Source: Gemmatimonadota bacterium
Lineage (GTDB): Bacteria; Gemmatimonadota; Gemmatimonadetes; Gemmatimonadales; GWC2-71-9
Length of the DNA: 64,000 nt
Assembly: GCA_039588295.1 (NCBI GenBank)
Contig: JBDHAB010000003.1
Location: forward strand, 32,001 to 96,000
Direction: 5' to 3'
Numbering within the stretch: position 1 is the stretch's first letter; each line of letters begins with the position of its first letter. This document shows positions 1 through 10,312 of the stretch, in pieces. Both the position numbers and the translations under genes were made by a program. The notes below the pieces were generated by a model. The model was not told where the DNA came from, searched no databases, and was given only the letters and a program-made list of their open reading frames with translations.

Positions 1-184
1 CGAACCGCCCGAGATGCCGCAACGCCGACAGGAAGCCGTCCTGGGCCGCGTCGTCGGCCTCGTCGGGGTTCGCCAGTATCGCTCGGGCCACCCGCCGGGC
101 CGGGCCCGCGTATCGCGTCACCAGCTCGCCGAACGCCTCCCGGTCACCTGCTTGGGCGAGCGCGGCGAGCTCGGCATCCTCCAT
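1..184 (-). CDS. ECF RNA polymerase sigma factor, N-terminal part (runs off the window edge)
   Basis: Not in ORF track. Manual translation from ATG at 184: MEDAELAALAQAGDREAFGELVTRYAGPARRVARAILANPDEADDAAQDGFLSALRHLGRF, a typical ECF sigma region 2. Confidence 0.85.
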   Translation of the reverse strand, partial: MEDAELAALAQAGDREAFGELVTRYAGPARRVARAILANPDEADDAAQDGFLSALRHLGRF

Positions 185-222
185 ATAGTTCGTACGCACG
201 AGAGGTTGCAGATGTTGGGGTC

Positions 223-1638
223 CTAGCCCTCCGAATGCCGGCGGCGCTCCAGGAACTGCCACGTAGCCGCCCCAGCGAGCCCGAAGCAGAACACGGCCAG
301 GCCATAGGCCATGACCCGTGGAAGTGCCACGAACAGTACCCCGCTGCCGAGAAGAGTAAAGACCACCGCCCCGGCCAAGGACCGGCGTGCACCACCTACC
401 ACGGTGCGCAGCGCCACGACGGTGCGTCGCGAGAGTTCCCCCGGGGCGCGCTGGCCAGGCGGGACTGGCAACGGCTCCGAGGGCACGACGGCAGGAGGCA
501 ATCGGGTGCTCAGCGCCTCCGGTGCGCGGACCGGGCGGAGCACGATCTCGACGGCGTTCGTCAGGTCGCGCCGGAACTGTTGGGCCGCGCTCCCTGATGC
601 CGTCGGCCCCGAGATGAGCACATCCAACTCATGATTGGCGAGGAAACTGGAAGGGTTGAGGTTGCTCGAACCCACCTTCAGGAACGTGTCGTCCACGACG
701 ATGGTCTTTGCGTGAAGCATCGGACCGTGCCACTCCCAGATCCGGACACCGGCCTCGAGCAGCTCTCGGTAGCCGACGCGGGTGAGAGTCCGCACGGCCG
801 GAATATCCGTATGGCCGGGGACGAGTATCCTCACGTCGACTCCGTCGCGTGCTGCGGCTCCGAGACTGGCAAACAGGGGGGTGGCCACGACGAGATAGGC
901 ATCCGTGACCCAGATACGTCCTGCCGCAGAGGCCGCAAGGAGACCGATGGCCCGGTAGAGACGGAGGCTTCCCGGCACTCCTTCAACGACTCGCACGGCC
1001 GCCTCTCCGCGTGGATCCACCTTGGCGGGGACCCGGTAGTCGGGGGCCGGACCATCCGAAGCCTGCCACAGCCTCAGGAACGACCACTCCAGTTTCGGCA
1101 CCGCGGGTCCGACGATGTGAACGGCAGCGTCCCGCCAGGGCGGCTGTCCGCGCTCGGGCTCACCGGCCCACTCGTCCCCGATACAGATCCCACCCAGGAT
1201 CGCGTCCATCCCGTCGACCCCCATGTACTTCCGGTGATTCCGTCGCACCGACGCAAACGGTCGCAGGACATTGAGGCGGTTGAAGGTACGCACGTGAATC
1301 CCGTGGCTCCGCAGGCGCTTCCAGTATCCCCGGGATGTCCGGCGGCTCCCCCAATGGTCGACGAGCACGCTCACGCTGATACCCCGGTGGGCGGCCGCGA
1401 TCAATCGCTCGGCGAACCGGGTGCCGATGGCGTCGTCCCGAATGATGTAGTTCTCGAAATGGACCCATTGTTGCGCTTGGTCGATCAGCGCCAGCATCGC
1501 GGCGAAAGCCTCCGGGCCGTCGATCAATTGCGTGATGGCGTTACCCGGGATTGCGCGGGTGTTGCAGACCCGGTCCACTGCTCGCCCGAGTGGGTCTCCG
1601 GCGACGTCGACCGGGCGATTGCGCACCGGGCGGGTCAC
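223..1638 (-). CDS. cls: Cardiolipin synthase / phospholipase D family (ClsB-like) with C-terminal hydrophobic hairpin
   Basis: Two HKD motifs (NHRKYMGVD, LHAKTIVVD) plus GSSN; GN..LIDGPEAF start of the PLD domain. Confidence 0.85.
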   Translation of the reverse strand: MTRPVRNRPVDVAGDPLGRAVDRVCNTRAIPGNAITQLIDGPEAFAAMLALIDQAQQWVHFENYIIRDDAIGTRFAERLIAAAHRGISVSVLVDHWGSRRTSRGYWKRLRSHGIHVRTFNRLNVLRPFASVRRNHRKYMGVDGMDAILGGICIGDEWAGEPERGQPPWRDAAVHIVGPAVPKLEWSFLRLWQASDGPAPDYRVPAKVDPRGEAAVRVVEGVPGSLRLYRAIGLLAASAAGRIWVTDAYLVVATPLFASLGAAARDGVDVRILVPGHTDIPAVRTLTRVGYRELLEAGVRIWEWHGPMLHAKTIVVDDTFLKVGSSNLNPSSFLANHELDVLISGPTASGSAAQQFRRDLTNAVEIVLRPVRAPEALSTRLPPAVVPSEPLPVPPGQRAPGELSRRTVVALRTVVGGARRSLAGAVVFTLLGSGVLFVALPRVMAYGLAVFCFGLAGAATWQFLERRRHSEG

Positions 1639-2213
1639 GCAGTGCCGAGGCCGAGACGCTCCTCCACGGACCGGAGTGCCTCGATGACGAACTGGATGTG
1701 TTCGTCCAGCGGGACGCCGAGCTCCTCGGCGCCTTGCCGCACCTCCTCACGATTTACGCCGCGCGCGAACGCCTTGTCCTTGAGCTTCTTCTTGACGCTC
1801 TTCACTTGGAGGTCCTGAACGCTCTTGGAGGGGCGTACGAGCGCGCATGCTGTGAGGAACCCGCAGAGCTCGTCGACCGCAAACAGTGTCTTCGCCATCA
1901 ACGACTCTCGCGGGACTCCCGTGTATGCGGCATGGCCGAGTATTGCGGTGAGCACGGGTTCCGGGAGTCCTCGTTCACGCAGCACCTGCACGCCGAAGGA
2001 CGGGTGCTCGCTGTCCGCTGAGTGATTGTCGTTGGGATACTTCTCATAGTCGAAATCGTGCAACAGCCCGATCAGTCCCCACGTGTCCTCATCCTCCCCG
2101 TACTTCCGGGCGTAGGCGCGCATTGCCGCCTCGACCGCATACATGTGCTTGCGGAGCGCATCGGACTCCGTGTATTCGTGCATCAAAGCCAACGCTTCTT
2201 CGTAGGTCATCAT
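1635..2213 (-). CDS. HD-superfamily metal-dependent phosphohydrolase
   Basis: KHMYAVE, LLHDFD, ILGH, FAVDEL motifs; KKKLKDKAFARGVNR tail. Confidence 0.85.
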   Translation of the reverse strand: MMTYEEALALMHEYTESDALRKHMYAVEAAMRAYARKYGEDEDTWGLIGLLHDFDYEKYPNDNHSADSEHPSFGVQVLRERGLPEPVLTAILGHAAYTGVPRESLMAKTLFAVDELCGFLTACALVRPSKSVQDLQVKSVKKKLKDKAFARGVNREEVRQGAEELGVPLDEHIQFVIEALRSVEERLGLGTA

Positions 2214-2216
2214 TCG

Positions 2217-4070
2217 CTAGGCTCCCAGCCAACGTTCGCGCCACCGCTCCAGAATCAACAACGTCCACAAGGCCCGTGCGTGGTTGGCACGGTTGCCTCG
2301 ATGTTCCGAGATAAGTTGCGCCACAAGGGCAGGATCCAACAGTCCTCCGTCGCGGACACGTTCCGGAGCGAGCAGACGGTCGAGGTAATCGCGCAGGCGG
2401 CCGTTGAGCCATCGGGCCACCGGTACACTGAGGCCCCGCTTCCGACGGCGCACGATGGCCTGGGGCAGCCACCGCTCCCCGAGCTGCTTGAGCAACCACT
2501 TGGTGTGCGTCTTCCGAACCTTGAGCTCGGTGGGTAATCCGAGCGCGAAGGCAACGACATCGCGGTCCAGGAACGGCGACCGGGCCTCGAGAGAGACGAG
2601 CATCGTCGCCCGGTCGACCTTGGCTAGCAGATTGTCGGGCAGGTAGGTGCGATAATCGAACAGCATGACACGGCGCAACGCGTCATGCTCTGCGGGCAGG
2701 TAGTCGAACAGCTCGTCGCCGTCGTCGAGTGGTCGGTCGAGGAACACGCGCGTGTCGAGGCCGGTTCCGAACCAGGCCACGTGCCGTTCCAGAACTCCGG
2801 CGGCCGCATGTGCGGTGAAACGCTTGAGCAGGAACTCGAGCGGCACTTTGGCGTGGGACGGCGGCAGACGGCCGACCAACGAGCGGATCGCTCGTCGTGC
2901 AAGGCCCGGCAGGCTGGTGAACCGTGGTGCCAATCGATGACCGACATACGTCGGGTAGCCGCCGAGCAACTCATCGGCGCCCTCGCCACTCAGAACGACG
3001 CCCACATGCTCCCGTGCGGCCTGGGCGAGGAGATACGTCGGGAGCATTGCCGGATCGGCCACCGGCTCTGCGACCCGAGTGGAGATGGTGTCCAGCGCGT
3101 CTCTGAGCCGGTCGTCGTCAGCCGTGACCTCGATGTGTCGGCTCCCCACGTATCCAGCGAGCTGCGCCGCGTATGCGCGCTCGTCATACGATGGATCCGG
3201 AAAGCCCACCGCAAATGTGTGCAGCCCCAGCGTGCCACGCGCCTGCGACGCGAGCAGCGCGAGCAACGACGAGTCGAGTCCTCCACTCGTGAACACGCCA
3301 ACCGGAACGTCGGCGACAACTTGCTTGGCGACCGCAGTCTGCAGGAGGAGCGCCAGCCGCTCGCGTGCCTCCGGGACGGCGATGTCTTGTGGCTCGATGG
3401 ACTCCGGCCTCCAGTAGCGGTGGACTCGAGTCGAACGGGCGGAGAACACGATCGCGGTACCGGCCTCGACTTTGCGGATGCCGGTGAGCATGGTTCGCGG
3501 CTCGCGCGCGTATCCGAGTCTGAGATAATCGGCCAGCGCTCGGCGATCGAGTCGACGCACGAGGGAAGGGTGTTCGAGCAGTGGCTGGAGTTCCGACGCA
3601 AACCAGACTTCATCGTCGATGTTGGTATAGAACAGAGGCTTTTCACCCGAGCGGTCCCGCGCGAGGATTAGGTGCTGCGCGTTCATATCCCACACCGCGA
3701 TCGCGAACATGCCATCGATTTGCGCGACGGCCTCGACCCCGAGGTCGAGGTACAGCGGGAGCAACGGCTCGACATCCGAGTCGGAGCGGAAAGGATAGGT
3801 CGCATATTGGGTTCTGAGTGCTTCCGCGTTGTAGATCGCCCCATTGCAGCTCAGCCACACGCGAGTACTCGGGTCGGTGAAGGGCTGCGCGGCGTCGGGG
3901 GTCGGATCGGTGATGCGGAGCCGCTCGGTTCCGAGCGCGGCTCGCGGGTCGACGAGGAGTTGGCGGTCGTCGGGGCCGCGATGGGAGAGGCTCCGACCCA
4001 TGCGGTCCAGGGCGCCGGGTGCCCGCAGCGCCGCCGCACCGAACGTGACCATTCCATAGATCCCACACAC
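2217..4070 (-). CDS. asnB: Asparagine synthase (glutamine-hydrolysing) family amidotransferase
   Basis: GTG start at 4070 gives N-terminal (M)CGI; HRGPD, NGAIYN, RDRSGEKPL, SGGLDSS, SGEGADE motifs. Confidence 0.9.
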   Translation of the reverse strand: MCGIYGMVTFGAAALRAPGALDRMGRSLSHRGPDDRQLLVDPRAALGTERLRITDPTPDAAQPFTDPSTRVWLSCNGAIYNAEALRTQYATYPFRSDSDVEPLLPLYLDLGVEAVAQIDGMFAIAVWDMNAQHLILARDRSGEKPLFYTNIDDEVWFASELQPLLEHPSLVRRLDRRALADYLRLGYAREPRTMLTGIRKVEAGTAIVFSARSTRVHRYWRPESIEPQDIAVPEARERLALLLQTAVAKQVVADVPVGVFTSGGLDSSLLALLASQARGTLGLHTFAVGFPDPSYDERAYAAQLAGYVGSRHIEVTADDDRLRDALDTISTRVAEPVADPAMLPTYLLAQAAREHVGVVLSGEGADELLGGYPTYVGHRLAPRFTSLPGLARRAIRSLVGRLPPSHAKVPLEFLLKRFTAHAAAGVLERHVAWFGTGLDTRVFLDRPLDDGDELFDYLPAEHDALRRVMLFDYRTYLPDNLLAKVDRATMLVSLEARSPFLDRDVVAFALGLPTELKVRKTHTKWLLKQLGERWLPQAIVRRRKRGLSVPVARWLNGRLRDYLDRLLAPERVRDGGLLDPALVAQLISEHRGNRANHARALWTLLILERWRERWLGA

Positions 4071-4072
4071 GG

Positions 4073-5827
4073 CTAGGGAGCCCGGTTTCGAGGTGGGACG
4101 TTCCCGGACGCGCTCGCAAGCAAGCCGGACACGCAGGGGCCGTAGGCTGCCCATCGCGGTGTGATGGCCAGGAGCGGTAGGTGTAGCTGCAGCGTGCCGC
4201 GCGTCTCGGAGTCCTCCGCTCTGGTGACGAACACACGGGAAGAGCGGCACTCGGTGAGGGTTTCCAGCCACCAGTCGTGGTCTCGAAGTGGCGAATCGGG
4301 TTGGTCAGTCCAATACTCGTGGGACCGTGTCAGGTAATTGCTGGTAAGCTCCGACCCGTCGGCCGTCGAGAGTGTCAGTGTTCGTCGGAGATAGAAGGGC
4401 AGCGAGAGCGGAAAGGCCTGCACCCCGACGATCTCCGTTCCGGCGTCCGCGACCCGATCGATCGCCCGTGCCAACTCTTCTGTCGAACGGTCAGCGCCGA
4501 TCGCGCGCATCAGTCTCGCGCTGGTGACCGGAATCGCCGCTACGGGGAGGCTCAGTGCGCACAGCAGCAGTGCGCGGCGGGCGGTCGCCAGCCATGCCAG
4601 AACACCTGCGGCGAGGCAGATCGCTCCCAACGCGCACGCGGTGCCTGGAATCGAGGCGGCGACGGTCGGGCCGGCGGCGGGGAGGAGCGATGAGATACCC
4701 TCGCGTCCCAGGATGAGACCTGTGCCGGCTAGCCCGAGAAACACCGCCGCTGCTCGGGCTCCCGGCAGTCGACCCCGCACGTCATGCCACCATGCACCCA
4801 CCAGGAGCCCCAGCGCGGGCACGAGCGGCAGCACGTACTGCGGTCGTTTCGACTGCGAGAGACTGAAGAACGCCAATGGGACCAACAGCCACAGAAGAAG
4901 GAACACGACCCGCCGATCATCTAACCATCCCCGCCGCGGCCGACCAGGGCGCTGTGGTCGACGCCAGCCGGCGAGAAGCACTACGGCCCATGGCAGGGCC
5001 GCGGCTGGGAGGATCGCGAGGAAGTACCACACGGGTCCGGTCCGCTGCAGGTCGGTCGTCGCGAGACGGCGCACCGTTTCGGTCACGAGTGCGTGGTGCA
5101 GGAATCCCGGTACGTCGCGCGATACGGCATAGACCCAAGGGAGCACGATCGCGACGAACAGCAGCACCGAAGTCGCGTCTACGAGGGCGCGAGAGCGCCG
5201 GCGCCATACCGCGTACGGCACGGCCACCAGGAGCGGGAGTGCGAGGGCAATGGGGCCCTTCGTGAGAACTCCGAGTGCCATCGCAGCCCATGCAAGGGCG
5301 CGCCACCAGAGACGGGGGTCTGCCTCCTTCGTGGCGTGATCGTCCTGGGTGCGCGGACTGATTTCGGTGGCTTCATAGAAGCCGACCAATGCCACAACGA
5401 CCCACAGTGTCAGGGCACTGTCAAAGATCACGGTCCGCGCGTAGGCCAGCGTGAACGGGGTTGCGGCGGTGGCGATCGCAGCGGTCCAAGCCGTGCGCGG
5501 ATCGTAGCGGCGACGGGCGAACCACCACACGACGCCGAGGGTGGCGAGCGTGAACACCAGGGCGGGGAGCCGCGCCGCGAGGGTCGTCGGTCCCAGGACC
5601 TCCATGACGAGAGCCGCGGCGGCGAAGAACAGCACCGGCTTGTCCACGTATGGCAAGCCGTTGATCCGGGGCAAGACGTAGTCGTTCTGCTCGGCCATCT
5701 CCCGGGCCACTTCCGCATTCCTGCCCTCATCGGGGTCGAGCAGGGGGTAGCCCGCGAAGTTGTAGGTGAGTCCTACGAGCGCAATCGCGACGGACGCGGC
5801 GATCCAGAGGTAGTGTCGGGCTGTCAA
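4073..5827 (-). CDS. ArnT/PMT-type (GT-C fold) membrane glycosyltransferase
   Basis: DPDEGRNAEVAREM, YVDKP, LTKGP, SKRPQY motifs and many TM helices. Start (TTG 5827) is approximate. Confidence 0.85.
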   Translation of the reverse strand: MTARHYLWIAASVAIALVGLTYNFAGYPLLDPDEGRNAEVAREMAEQNDYVLPRINGLPYVDKPVLFFAAAALVMEVLGPTTLAARLPALVFTLATLGVVWWFARRRYDPRTAWTAAIATAATPFTLAYARTVIFDSALTLWVVVALVGFYEATEISPRTQDDHATKEADPRLWWRALAWAAMALGVLTKGPIALALPLLVAVPYAVWRRRSRALVDATSVLLFVAIVLPWVYAVSRDVPGFLHHALVTETVRRLATTDLQRTGPVWYFLAILPAAALPWAVVLLAGWRRPQRPGRPRRGWLDDRRVVFLLLWLLVPLAFFSLSQSKRPQYVLPLVPALGLLVGAWWHDVRGRLPGARAAAVFLGLAGTGLILGREGISSLLPAAGPTVAASIPGTACALGAICLAAGVLAWLATARRALLLCALSLPVAAIPVTSARLMRAIGADRSTEELARAIDRVADAGTEIVGVQAFPLSLPFYLRRTLTLSTADGSELTSNYLTRSHEYWTDQPDSPLRDHDWWLETLTECRSSRVFVTRAEDSETRGTLQLHLPLLAITPRWAAYGPCVSGLLASASGNVPPRNRAP

Positions 5828-5870
5828 CGATGTGTGCGACCGTCGTCGCGGAGGAGGAACGAGTTCGTTC

Positions 5871-6296
5871 TCAAGGCCTCTGCGGTGTCCTCGGTGTAGG
5901 CGCCAGCGGGTTGGCGGCCACCGTGATCGGGATCTCCGTCTCCAAGTCTTCGTCGACCAGGATCTCGAAATGATAGCGTCCGGCTTTCGGGAACGGCACG
6001 TCGAACACCAAGATGCAGCCGGCGGATATCTCGAGGACACCTGCGGGTGGCTCTGCAAAGTTCACGGTGCCGTCGCCAGTGATGATCTCGGTTCCTTCTT
6101 CGTCCAGCAGCCGAATCCGCACGATGTGCTTTCCGATCTCGGTACGACGCCCCTTGAGATGGAGCACCAGATGCAAGCGAGGGTGGACAGCCGGGAACTG
6201 GGCCACCCAGATGTGGGAGAAGATCCCCATGACGGAGAGCTTTCCGTATTGATCGATGACGGCGTAGTCGCTGACGGTCGCGAGATCGATGTGCAT
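5871..6296 (-). CDS. Small conserved hypothetical protein (DUF6941-like)
   Basis: MHIDLATVSDYA..GKLSVMGIF..FPAVHP..FPKAGRYHFEILVD; AGAAGGAAG RBS before ATG 6296. Confidence 0.65.
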   Translation of the reverse strand: MHIDLATVSDYAVIDQYGKLSVMGIFSHIWVAQFPAVHPRLHLVLHLKGRRTEIGKHIVRIRLLDEEGTEIITGDGTVNFAEPPAGVLEISAGCILVFDVPFPKAGRYHFEILVDEDLETEIPITVAANPLAPTPRTPQRP

Positions 6297-6337
6297 GTGT
6301 CTTCCTTCTACTACCTGTTGCCAAGCCCTACAGTGGC

Positions 6338-8464
6338 CTACGTCCGACCGAAGCTCGTCAATGCCGACGTGACCTGTTCCACTGTCGCCGCAGGCGGTGC
6401 GCACTGTGTCCCCGCACAAACGTAGACCCGTGGCGCGGCGCCGTCGAGCATGGCACGGATTGCTTTGGGGAGCGGGGTCGTCGGCGCTCCAGGCGTGATC
6501 CATCGAATCACTTTTCTTGGACGATACGTGGACCGGGCTGTACGCAGCAGCTCCCGGGTCTGCCGATCGTCCTGGCCCACCACGACAACGTGCGTCGTCG
6601 GCATGACGGACCAGTCGATCGCTCGGAGCAGCGTGGCCCCGAAGATCGAGAGTTCCGCGGCGGCTCCGGCGACAGCACTGAGCAGTGCATCGCATCGAGT
6701 CGCCCAGCTGCGCTCTCCGGTATGCTCGGCGAGACGGGCCAGCACGATGCCGGCGATTCCATTTGGGGAAGGGGTGGGGGAGTCGTGGATCGGGGTAAGT
6801 TCCTGGGTGAGGAACCCTTCGCCGCCGCGTCCGATTGCGACGTCGGCCAGCCCGCCGCTCGCGGTCCGGTAGTCGCTCCAGACATGCTCCATGAGCCGGA
6901 TAGCCCGGTCGAGCCAGCGATGCTCCCCCGTGGCCTCGAACGCATCGAGTGAAGCGCTCGCACTCTGAACCTGGTCGTCGAGAATGCCCCGCACGGAGCT
7001 CCCGATTGCGTGACGTATCCCCCCGGTGAGATCCGGTTCGGCGGCTTCGTCGAAGAGCCGGTCCAACGTTGCCAGCGCATGATGCTCGACGTCTGATCGG
7101 TCCAAGAATGCTGCGGCCGCGAGCATGGCCGATGCCATCATCGCGCTCCAGGCGGTATAGACGGTGGTGTCGACGAATGGAGTTTGGCGCGAGTCTCGAG
7201 CAGACTTGAGCTTCTGCTCACCGGCGGTGAGAAGCGCTACCGTATCGGGCGCGGACCGGCCAAGCGCTGCTGCAATCTGTTCGACCGACTGCTTGACCCA
7301 CAGCACGTTCTTTTGCCGGTTGTGATGCATCTCGCCGACCTGCTCGATGTCGTAGCGGCGGGCTAAGACCTCGAACTCTTCCGCGCTCAGCACCGCCCGC
7401 GCCTCATCGGGAGTCCACGTGAAGTAATCGCCGTCGTCCTCCGGACCCACGTCCGCATCCTGCGAGGCGCAGTACCCGCCCCGCGGATCCGACATGACCT
7501 CCAAGATCCAGCGGACGACTCCGTTGATGACCGTTCGGTAGAGGGGCTCGAGCGAGTCGCCGTTCCGTACGGTGAGGAGGCTACCAGTTTGTGGCGCGGC
7601 AAGGGCCGCGGCTCCATTCACGTAGGCTTTGAGGAGCTCTGCATTGTCGTAGAGCATCTTCTCGAAGTGCGGCACGATCCAGCGGGCATCGACGGAGTAT
7701 CGGTGGAACCCGCCGCCCAAGTGATCCCGGATACCTCCGTGGGCCATGGCTTCGAGGGTGCGATGCGTCATCTCCGCGTGCGGTGTCTCTCCGGTATCGA
7801 ACCATCTCGTGAGCAGGAAGTCGCAGGCACCGGGGTGGGGGAACTTGGGCTGTGAGCCGAATCCGCCATTTTGCCGGTCGAACGGATGCGCCATCGCGGT
7901 CGCGGCGCGGGCCAGAAGGTCGGTGTCGAGCGTCCCCGGCAGCGCGTCGGAGCGTGCACCACTGATATGATCCGCTATCTGCTGGGCCTGCTCGAGTACC
8001 TGTGTCGGCTTTTCGTGATACAGGCGGGCGAGGCTCGTCAACACCGATCGAAATCCGGGACGTCCGAACTTGCCGTCGGGCGGAAAGTACGTCCCGCCGT
8101 AGAACACCGCTCCGTCGGCTGTGAGAAACGCGGTGAGGGGCCAACCGCCCTGACCCGTGAGCGCCTGCACTGCCCGCTGATACCGTGCGTCAACGTCGGG
8201 GCGCTCGTCCCGATCGACCTTGATGCAGATCCAATTCTCGTTGAGGAACTCGGCGATGACCGGATCCTCGTACGACTCGTGATCCATGACGTGGCACCAG
8301 TGGCACCAGACCGCCCCGATATCGAGCAGAATGGGTCGGTTCTCGTCTCTCGCACGCGTGAATGGCTCGGGTCCCCAGGGGTACCAGGCCACCGGCTGAT
8401 CGGCGGCGGATCGGAGATACGCGGACTGCTCGCCTGCGAGGTGAGATGGCATCGGTGGTGTCAA
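6338..8464 (-). CDS. YyaL/SSP411-family thioredoxin-domain protein
   Basis: WCHWCHVM, IKVDRDERPDVD, GGWPLT, PHFEKMLYDNA motifs. Confidence 0.92.
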   Translation of the reverse strand: MTPPMPSHLAGEQSAYLRSAADQPVAWYPWGPEPFTRARDENRPILLDIGAVWCHWCHVMDHESYEDPVIAEFLNENWICIKVDRDERPDVDARYQRAVQALTGQGGWPLTAFLTADGAVFYGGTYFPPDGKFGRPGFRSVLTSLARLYHEKPTQVLEQAQQIADHISGARSDALPGTLDTDLLARAATAMAHPFDRQNGGFGSQPKFPHPGACDFLLTRWFDTGETPHAEMTHRTLEAMAHGGIRDHLGGGFHRYSVDARWIVPHFEKMLYDNAELLKAYVNGAAALAAPQTGSLLTVRNGDSLEPLYRTVINGVVRWILEVMSDPRGGYCASQDADVGPEDDGDYFTWTPDEARAVLSAEEFEVLARRYDIEQVGEMHHNRQKNVLWVKQSVEQIAAALGRSAPDTVALLTAGEQKLKSARDSRQTPFVDTTVYTAWSAMMASAMLAAAAFLDRSDVEHHALATLDRLFDEAAEPDLTGGIRHAIGSSVRGILDDQVQSASASLDAFEATGEHRWLDRAIRLMEHVWSDYRTASGGLADVAIGRGGEGFLTQELTPIHDSPTPSPNGIAGIVLARLAEHTGERSWATRCDALLSAVAGAAAELSIFGATLLRAIDWSVMPTTHVVVVGQDDRQTRELLRTARSTYRPRKVIRWITPGAPTTPLPKAIRAMLDGAAPRVYVCAGTQCAPPAATVEQVTSALTSFGRT

Positions 8465-9642
8465 ACCTCCGGCCGCTGGAGGAACCGCACCGCGGTCTGA
8501 CTCAGTAACTCCACGGCGAGGGGGAGGGCATGCTCATCGACGTTGAATCGCGGCGAGTGGTGTGGATGGTTTGCTCCGCGTTCCGCGTTGCGGCACCCCA
8601 CAAACGCGTAGCAGCCGGGGACCTGCTCGAGGAAGAACGCCATGTCTTCGGCCGCCATGGTACGATAGTCGCAAATGACATGCTGCTCTCCCAAGAGGTC
8701 GCTGGCGATGTCGGCCATCAGGTCGGCCATTGCGTGGTCGTTGACGGTTGGCGGGTACGCACGATCGTACCGGACCTCAGCTTCCGCACCGAACGCCCGG
8801 ACGGTACCGTGCGTGAGCTCTTCGATGAGCCGTGGCGCCTGCTCGTAGAACTTCCCCCCATACGTTCGAACCGTGCCGACGAGTGTCGCCTCATCGGGGA
8901 TCACGTTGTGGGTGGTGCCCGCACGAATCTGGGTAATGCTAAAGACGGCCGGATAGCCGGGATCACAGCGGCGCGATACGACCGTCTGCAGCGAGGTGAT
9001 CAAGTGGGCTGCCACCACGATGGGATCGACCGTCTGATGCGGTGATGCGGCGTGACCACCCCGACCCCGAACCACAATCTCGACGTTGTCGACTGAGGCA
9101 AACACCGGTCCGGGCGCGATCGCGACCGTGCCCGTCGGTAGGTCGCTCCAGAGATGGATGCCGATGGCGCCATCGACGGTGGGTTCCTGCAGCGCGCCGT
9201 CTGCGATCATGGCTGCGGCACCCGCGCCTCCCTCTTCCGCCGGCTGGAACACCATCTTCACCGTTCCCGGAAGTTCGGTTCGGGCCAGGCGTTCCGCGAT
9301 GGCGAGAGCAATCGCGACGTGTCCGTCGTGGCCGCAGGCATGCATGACGCCGTCCACTGCCGATCGGTACTCCACGTCGTTGGATTCGGTGATCGGGAGG
9401 GCATCCATATCCGCTCTGATCAGCAAGCCCCGCGTAGGCGCGCCGTGCTCCGGCTGACGGACGCCGATCACTCCGGTCCGCCCAACACCGGTGCGCACCG
9501 AGTAGCCAGCCGCTCGGAGCCGCTCCGCCACGCGACCCGCCGTACGGACTTCCTGATAGCCCAGTTCGGGGTGCATGTGGAAGTCTCGTCGGTCGGCTAC
9601 GAGCCGATCGAGATCGATGGCAGGGAGAGACGTAGACGTCAT
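8461..9642 (-). CDS. M20D-family amidohydrolase
   Basis: HMHPELGYQE, RADMDALP, MHACGHDGH, FQPAEEG, AEDM, HHSPRF motifs. Confidence 0.9.
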   Translation of the reverse strand: MTSTSLPAIDLDRLVADRRDFHMHPELGYQEVRTAGRVAERLRAAGYSVRTGVGRTGVIGVRQPEHGAPTRGLLIRADMDALPITESNDVEYRSAVDGVMHACGHDGHVAIALAIAERLARTELPGTVKMVFQPAEEGGAGAAAMIADGALQEPTVDGAIGIHLWSDLPTGTVAIAPGPVFASVDNVEIVVRGRGGHAASPHQTVDPIVVAAHLITSLQTVVSRRCDPGYPAVFSITQIRAGTTHNVIPDEATLVGTVRTYGGKFYEQAPRLIEELTHGTVRAFGAEAEVRYDRAYPPTVNDHAMADLMADIASDLLGEQHVICDYRTMAAEDMAFFLEQVPGCYAFVGCRNAERGANHPHHSPRFNVDEHALPLAVELLSQTAVRFLQRPEV

Positions 9643-9661
9643 GGGGTTCGTGGCGGCCGGC

Positions 9662-10312
9662 TCAGCGGTCCGCGGAAGCGCATTGCGCGTGTATCGGGCA
9701 GATCTCACACTTCGGCGTTCGGGCCGCGCAGATCTGCCGACCGTGCAAAATCAGCAGGTGTGAAAAGACCGTCCAATCCTCGCGCGGCACCAACTTGATG
9801 AGATCCTGTTCGATCTTCTCGGGATCGTGTTTGTTCGTGAGTTTCAGTCGATTGCTGATGCGGTTGACGTGTGTATCGACCACGATCCCCTCGTCGATTC
9901 CGAATGCGTTGCCGAGCACGACGTTGGCGGTCTTGCGGCCCACGCCCGGCAACGCCGTGAGCTCCGCCATGGTGCGCGGCACGTTGCCCTCGTGTTGCTC
10001 GACCAGTGCCTGAGCCATGCCGATGATGGATTTGGTCTTGTTCCGGAAGAACCCCGTGGACTTGATCTCCTGCTCGAAGATCTCCGGGTTGGCATTCGCG
10101 TACTCCTCGGCGGACCGGTACTTCTGAAAGAGGTGCTTGGTGACGATGTTCACCCGAACGTCGGTGCACTGGGCGCTGAGGATCGTGGCGACCAGCAGTT
10201 CCAGCGGATCCCGGTGTTCGAGCGCGCATGCCGCATCTGGGTGTTGCTTCTTGAGCCGGCGGATAATCGGCTTGATGCGCTGTTTGGCGTTGCGCAGCGT
10301 CGGACGGGTCAC
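9662..10312 (-). CDS. nth: Endonuclease III
   Basis: ILSAQCTD, HhH LPGVGRKTAN, VDTH and C-terminal CxxxxxxCxxCxxxxxC Fe-S motif. Confidence 0.95.
   Translation of the reverse strand: MTRPTLRNAKQRIKPIIRRLKKQHPDAACALEHRDPLELLVATILSAQCTDVRVNIVTKHLFQKYRSAEEYANANPEIFEQEIKSTGFFRNKTKSIIGMAQALVEQHEGNVPRTMAELTALPGVGRKTANVVLGNAFGIDEGIVVDTHVNRISNRLKLTNKHDPEKIEQDLIKLVPREDWTVFSHLLILHGRQICAARTPKCEICPIHAQCASADR

Noticed and set aside
185..210. Autoregulatory ECF promoter (TGCAAC) before the sigma gene
   Set aside because: Only 20 nt from the ATG, too close for -35/-10 spacing plus a start site.
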